64,000 nt of DNA from the human T2T-CHM13v2.0 reference genome, Homo sapiens: the NCBI RefSeq assembly GCF_009914755.1, contig NC_060947.1. One strand, 5' to 3'. Shown here one piece after another: positions 56,531 to 64,000 of the stretch; the first letter of the stretch is position 1; the number at the start of each line of letters is the position of its first letter. Both the position numbers and the translations under genes were made by a program. The notes below the pieces were generated by a model, which had not been told where the DNA came from, made no database searches, and saw only the letters and a list, made by a program, of their open reading frames with translations.

Positions 56531-57119
56531 ATTTCAGAACTTAATAGAATTTTCAATTTTATTGACAGATAACATTTAAATTTAAAATTTAGCATCTCCC
56601 TGAAACAAATCCAAGCTTGTTGCCCATTGTATATTTTTGAAAAGGTTTTTCAGAGCTCTAGAAAGAGCTATATAGAAGCGTCTATGGTACCTTCAGAAAA
56701 AAATCATTAAATATAATTTATTGGTATGCACCGAGTATTGTAGGGATGTGATTAAAGGCAGCAAACTTGATCAAATAAAATAAGACCTGCCACGAACCGT
56801 CATCCAAGCCTTGAACCAAGCATTTTTAAAAAGTGTGGTTTATATAAGCTTGTTCACCTCAACAACATGATCATTTTTCTTTTTTGTGTTTTTGTCATTT
56901 CCGCAAATCATGAGAAATATATTTATTTCTTGTTCAACCTAAAAATAAAACTTTAGGCCACACAGTGTTACAGTTAAAGGAAAAAAGAGGCAAATGTGTT
57001 TTATTTAAAAATTTAGTTGTAAGGACAAAATCAAAATGCAGGATAGAAGAATGGCATAAATTAGTCAAAAATGGTCTTAGTTCAAACAGCACCTACTCAG
57101 AGTGACCTTTCTAAAATTT

Positions 57120-57460
57120 CTTCTCACCTCCTGGCATAGCTATACTTGTTCACATTATTCGACTCTCTACTTCACTTTTTAGATTTCATTTATCACTAAG
57201 TATTACTAGTTTACTGTCTCACTCCCCACAACCCTATAATATAAATCTCATTAAAACTGTATTCATCTGTATACCAATCTATTCCCAGTTTCTAGCGTAG
57301 TACCTAGTTCTTAGTGGGGGCTCATTAAATATTTGATATATGTTGATCATTCTATATACAAATATTTATTAAGCACCTATTAATATATAGTATAAAGTTG
57401 TGTGAATACTCAAAGAAAAATAAAACATGGTTCTGACACTCCAAGTACTTATCCTCCAAG
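57120..57460. mobile_element. L2 3'-end fragments, tail-to-tail
   Basis: tattcccagtttctagcgtagtacct..ctcattaaatatttg; caaatatttattaagcacctat. Confidence 0.55.
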
Positions 57461-60400
57461 TATCTATAATGAGGTATGCATGTAAAACATCTCAGAGCAT
57501 GTTCAGTACCTAAACCAGGAGCTCAGCTTACAACCAGAAAAATGGGGGAAAAGAATGAATAACTATAGCTATAATTGTAAGAGCCCTCTACTTTACTGCA
57601 GGATATATCATTGTTACTTGAAATTCTCCTTATCTAAAAGTGCAGAGATCTTCACACCCTCTAAGAGTCAGTGGTAAGGGTTGATCCTTTAAAGCAGGCA
57701 TGAGAGATACATAAATATTTTCTTATCAGCATATTATAACAAAGTACACTTGTTAAGGATCCTTATTGCAGGTTTTTCTGCCAAGAGTTTGGAGAAATAG
57801 GAGGCCAATTTTCAGATAATTTAGATAAAAGTAGATCAGGGGTCTAAATTGTTAGAATTAATTCACTAATGCTATTTTGGGACTTAGTAGCACTGATTAA
57901 AGTCTCGCATATTCTACCACTTGTCTGAACTTAGGAAAGACATAAATTATTATTGAAATTATCACACTGATATCCATCTCCTGGGTACTGTGGATAAAAC
58001 AGCCACTAACGCAAAAATATACTGATAAAACATTTCTGTCAATTTTACCTGTTTTTGCAAAGAACCTTTGGCCTTAAGGTTTTCTTGATGCTGTAATGGT
58101 AACCAAACACATGACAATTTTTTTAATGCAGATTTCATTTTCAGTATCTAGATTCACACTATTTGGCTTATTTTATCTCCCACCTATAATCCACAACCTA
58201 TTCGACAATCTGCCAGAAAATCAATTAAGGTGGTTCATCAGTATTTCAGACAACATCTTCTATCTTAGCAAAGATTGACCATTTTCATTACAAAATACAC
58301 ATCTGTGTCAAACCATGGAGAATGATGCCTCAGTACACTTACAGCCATAAAGAGAAAAGCATGGAATATTTTAATATTCAGCCTCCTTACAAGAAGGCTG
58401 AAATACTCTCTGCTTCAAAGGTAATCATGTGATAAATTCTAAAATTAATCGAAAACAGAATTGGTTTAAAATAATTCTCTTTAAATAAGGCACATATTCT
58501 TCCTTGCAGTTTTACATTTCATTTTCCTTATCCCAAAATGTGCAATCTCTGTCTGGTGGTCATGCAGCCAGCCTGGATGGGCATTGCTAAAGTTGTGTGC
58601 CAAAGTGCGGGAGAGCTTTGCAGCACTGGGAGCTGACAGACCATTAGGCAGATTGGGACTCTGTGCAGCTGTCTGGGTGGTGCTGGAATTGCTGCACTCT
58701 TTGTCACAGGATTATGTTGCCAGAGGGACTGCAAACATGCTCTTTAAACACCTTTATTTCCTTTGATGTGAATTTGATCTGAGGGAATTCAGATTTTTGA
58801 GAATAGTCTCATCTGGAAAAAATAAAACACTTTCAAATGCCTGTATTCTAATATTTTTATGCTATCATGAGCAACTCAAGTTTTCCTCATGGTCACATAT
58901 GATTATGTGCTAGGTTCCTTTTTAAAGGATCATTTGAATCCTTATGTTCAAGTCTTTTGCACCCTCAATCTTCTTTATTAGCCGAGCATTCTGCATGTAT
59001 ATTATGCACTTTGACCTTTTGAATTCTGTTTGTGCCTGTTTTCACTTGATCAGGTTCTTGAACACTGAGTATCAAAAAGAGTATTCAAAAATCAATCTCC
59101 AGATCGAATTTTGTAGGGGTAACACTTAACTTCCTATCTGTTTTGATTACTATTAGTGGTTATTAATTGACTGTTTTTAAATTTTAATTACATGCTCTCT
59201 ATTTGTTTAATACCTGTATTCTAAATTGACAAATCAAGAGTTACTGTTATTATCTTCATTTTTATAATTAACCTGTTAAATGTATAACACATAACTTACA
59301 TCATCTCTGTGGGAGTTTTAGTCATTTGGATGATAATTTCTATTCCACGGAAACACTGCCGGCGAAGTTTGAAGAATAATTTACTACATTGTTCCTAATA
59401 AAAACATAACTTTCTGTTTCTATCTCTAAGTGAAGTGACATGATATACTGTATAAGGATGTGTATATGTCCATACCATCCATATGCACGTACATAGCCTG
59501 CATTTCATGGATCATAATAAAAGTTAAAAGTGAATACATGTTAAATAATCAGAGGTGTCATAAATATTCACTGTGCAGGATTTCCTCAATAGGCTGTCAG
59601 CCTGCTGTAGATTACTCTGCAGACACAGCGTAACCTTACTTAAACATGGGTCTCTTGAGAGCAATAGAGACACACTGAAAAGTAGGAGGAGATGACATTA
59701 ATACAAAATGCAAAGACATTTCTGCATTTTGCATCAGTGAATTTCGTGATCATCTTTTTTTCATCTTGTAAACATTTGGGATGAGCCATTTTTTTCATAT
59801 TTCCCTCACTAAAACTTACCTAGATTTTAAAAGTCAATAAGAAGAATACCAAAATTCTAATGCCTACTTTTAATGAAGTCTCATTCCAATAAAATTTAAA
59901 GTAGTTCCATAGCATTTCAAATTCTAGTCACCAATATATGTGGTGGATTTAAAACTGTAAAACTAGATGCAAATCGAAAGAGAGACCATAAAGGATTTAA
60001 ACAAGATCCTAATGGGCTCTGCATTTGCACCTTATAAATGGCCAGCCTTATGGCTGTAAAGAAATGATCAGCACAGTGCTTCACAGGACAGTGAAATACC
60101 ACATTTCTTGAATCTATATATTTTTTGTACCTATGTTTAAAATTGAACTCAAATATTTGATTTTTTGTTTGACTTTAGGGTATTTCAGTGACAAAGAGTT
60201 GTTTTTCCTCTCTCTGACTCTAAATTTGATTAACTCTAAAATATAAACAGCAGTCTCCATGCAATCTCTTCCATTCCATTTTCAATGCTGTTTTTATTTT
60301 TCCTTTATCACAGCATGAATTTAGAGCCAGATGAAAAAGTCATTTCAAGAATCTGAATGGCAGCATTACATGAGAATTCCTTTCGTTGGCCTTGTGCATC

Positions 60401-60746
60401 AGAGTGTGCTTTGTTTCCTGGGTATTTTGGTTAAAAGCAGTCCGGGGATTAAAACTTCTCATTTATGAATCTCTGGTGGACTTAAAATACCTAGTGTAAG
60501 AATATGTTGCCAGAAATACCCCCACCAAAGTCTTTTTTGCAAAGGTTCCCTTACAAAGAAGTGGAGAAAAATCACCACCTCACATCTCTGTTTTGTTAGC
60601 CAGAAGCATAGACAGGGAAAATAATATTCTGCTGCTCACATATTCCTAACCTCAGCCACGCCGCTTTTCAATCTGAGAAGCTTCCAATTTAAACATTTTC
60701 TAATTATGCTACAGGAGGTATAAAACGTGTTTTAAAAATTAAGGCA

Positions 60747-61168
<422 letters not shown>

Positions 61169-62039
61169 TCAAGCAGCTCAAGACAGATGTGAGAACAAGC
61201 CCATTTTCCCACACAAAAGTTGGGAAATCAATTAATAAAAGATTTGTCATAAGAACAAGTGTTTATTCTACATTTCCAGACTAAAATGTTTGTATTAAAC
61301 ATGGGGACATATTTCTGCCATAATGCACATACTCTTTAAATGCTGAGTATCCACACATATTACAGCAAAAGCTATTACCATTATGTTTTTGTTGTTCTTG
61401 TTACCATTCTCCAAGATAATAGATTCCAGGAATTCTAATTAAACTGGCCATATTATGTAGATTGGTTCTAAAAATTATTTCAACAACATTGTAAACTGAT
61501 TTTCACCATAATGTGTCCAATACAGCAATACATTGGTACTTACTAAAGTATCTGAAGAGCATGCTCTTAAACACATGTATGTTGTCTTCTTCTACCTCTG
61601 TGTCTCTCCGTCTGTCTTTTAGTGCTTACTCTTGAATATTTGACTATTTATGAAATATCAATTTAGGATTCAACAGAAACGGGAGAAACTTTGGGTGACC
61701 ATATACTCCTAAGGCTGGAAAAGAACCATACAGATTATGCAATTTGTTCCAATCTAGTAAGAGAAAGCAAATTGTGCTTGGAAAAGACCTTCACTTTCAC
61801 AGAACAATGAATTGTCTAGCATAAAGGAAAGATTGTCAGCCTCTGTTTATTTTTGTTAAAGATGGTACAGAATTTCATAAATTCTTGAATTAGTTTTTGT
61901 AAGCAATTTTTTTCAGTGTTTCAGTATTTTTACTAAATAATAATGAGAGGACTTTCATATAGGAATATTGTGCCACTGCTGCACTATCCATCGGAAGTAC
62001 CTTTGCATGGTGTTTTGAGTTTAGTGGAAAGAACATGCA

Positions 62040-62235
62040 CTGTGGTGTGCAAATTGCCATCCTGCTAATGAACAATATAACCTTGGAAAGTTATTCTTAC
62101 TTCTCTGAAACTCATTTTGAACATCTGTTAACATGGGCTGTCTCATAGGGTTTCTTTGTGAGGAATAAGTGAAGTAATATATGCAAAGCACCTAATAGAG
62201 TTTCTGGTGTATAACAGGAGCTCAATAAAAGTGCC
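62040..62235 (+). mobile_element. MIR
   Basis: accttggaaagttattcttacttctctgaaactc..catctgttaacatggg..tgcaaagcacct..gagctcaataaa. Confidence 0.8.
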
Positions 62236-62410
62236 AGGTTTTCTAACATGGCCTCTCTACAACCCCACTCCTTCTTCTAGTATAAAAGATTTACAAGGAG
62301 ACATTTGCACGGATATCTGTAAGCCCCCTGGTAATTAATACCATACATTTGTGAAAAGATTGGCAACAATGCAGGAATGATGATTGTGGTCTCAAGAGCA
62401 GAGCTTTAGC

Positions 62411-62632
62411 CAAGATTTCTCGACCATGGTACTACTGACATCTGGGACTGAATAATTCTTTGCTGGGGGGCATATCCTGTTCATTGTAGGATATTTAGAG
62501 ACATCTCTGATTTCTACCCACTAGATGCCATTAGTACCGCCCATCTGCCCTCTCCGCAGGTGTGACAACCAAAATTGTCTCCAACTTTGCCAAATGTCCC
62601 TTGTAGGGCAAAACCGCCCATGATTAAAACTG
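62411..62632. mobile_element. MER20 hAT DNA transposon
   Basis: ctactgacatctgggactgaataattctttg..ctacccactagatgcca..gtgacaaccaaaattgtctcca..tgccaaatgtccc. Confidence 0.9.
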
Positions 62633-64000
62633 CAGGCATAAGCTAATGCAAGAGCAGAGACTTTATGAGTGTCATTTATTAGCAAACTGAACTGATGGGC
62701 TTAGCCTTTGATTTCTTAACATTCAGACTATATCATATACTTGTATATGCATATGATTTAATGATTGTACAATCTTTTTGAAGTAGTATAGTTAATAAAA
62801 TGAAGTGTTTTTTAAAAAATAGAAAACTGGTTCTATTGCAATTCTAAAATATTTGCTAATTCTAAGCTAATAACATACTTTGTTCTGTTATCTTTCAGTT
62901 AGCTATACTTTTATTCTAGGTAGCTATTTTACAAATACCATTGAATAGGTGATTTGATGGAAATTTACACACACATATACACATCCATATCCCCATTTGA
63001 AAAAATGTTCAAGGTGTATGATATATAGAAGTTGCATTTTAATTCACCCAGACGAGATAGTTAAAAGAACACTCCAGGGGTGGGCTCACTATAGTGTAAA
63101 AGGAAGGTACTTTGTTTTCATTATAATAATTATGCATATTTAATATCAAGTTTCCTTAAGGGGTATATAAAATATAACAATTTGAGATGGGATGGGGCAA
63201 GATAACTTACTACCAACCAAATAAAATAAAATAAAAGGATGAGTCATAATCGCATTGCCTTCTCTTAATCATACTATAGGTTACACTGCAAATATCAGTA
63301 TCGCCTTTACTTTTTTATTAAAATACATAAAAAGAAATGATAGAATGGGGAAAAAAGAAAAATAGCAAGAGGAGTCTTTTCAGATTGTGAATGCTATATC
63401 CTGACAACTCAAACAATTGAGGAAAAATAGAATAGCTTTCAGGGAAATCCAATCCGGAAAGTCAGAGTATCTCACAGCAGCATATCACTCAATTGCCCTC
63501 TACATAAGGACTGGCACAGTCAATGTAATAAAATGAAACATACACTTTCCCTTCTGTAACATGCTTCAGCTGCCCTTATGCTTCAGATATGACAGTTCCC
63601 TAAGCTGCTTTTGGATATAGTTAGGACCCTATGTTAGCTGGTGGCCCCTAATGATAATTGAGCAATTATCTACTTTAACAGGCTCAAGTCCATTGAAGCA
63701 GAAAGGAATGAAGGTTTCTTCCATCTGCCTGGCTCAGAGAATTCTGTGAATCCAGAATCATTGTTAAGTTTTTTGTGAATGTCTCGTCAACAGCCTTTAC
63801 TTAACATTCATCTTCGTCCATCTCTTTGCACTGTGGAACACTGTACTACAAGTACATCTTTCTTAAAACTTGCCTTTGTGTGACAAGTTTTATACCTCCT
63901 CTTTCCTCTCATTTAACCACATTTTCTCCTCTCCACCACTAGTTTCCTTTTCTTCTCCCATACAGAAATGTGACTACTCCCTAAGGGTCTATCCTTTAGC

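Overview
AT-rich, repeat-dense primate (human/ape-like) non-coding DNA. No intact protein-coding exon, RNA gene or CRISPR array could be supported. The ORFs in the track are either decayed transposon or pseudogene reading frames or chance ORFs. Recognisable content: L1 fragments of several ages, Tigger1, MER5, MER20, MIR, L2, HAL1, six Alus plus one ~20-bp Alu stub, a complete THE1D provirus with a TSD, and an internally deleted HERV-L/MLT2A provirus nested in an older ERVL. There are two processed pseudogenes: RPS7 (- strand, with TSDs) and a very old RBFA retrocopy (+ strand). The most unusual area is 42.6-51.6 kb, where an old ERVL carries three nested LTR elements and runs directly into the RBFA retrocopy. 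That is followed by a perfect 32-bp-arm hairpin and a 29-bp insertion flanked by a 17-bp duplication. Other oddities are a 15-bp TSD-flanked poly(A) micro-insertion, a fold-back inverted duplication inside an L1, and LTRs whose middles are replaced by foreign DNA. Repeat subfamily names come from remembered consensus sequences and need RepeatMasker/Dfam confirmation. I do not see evidence for a new multi-gene biological system. Functional ideas are flagged as inference.
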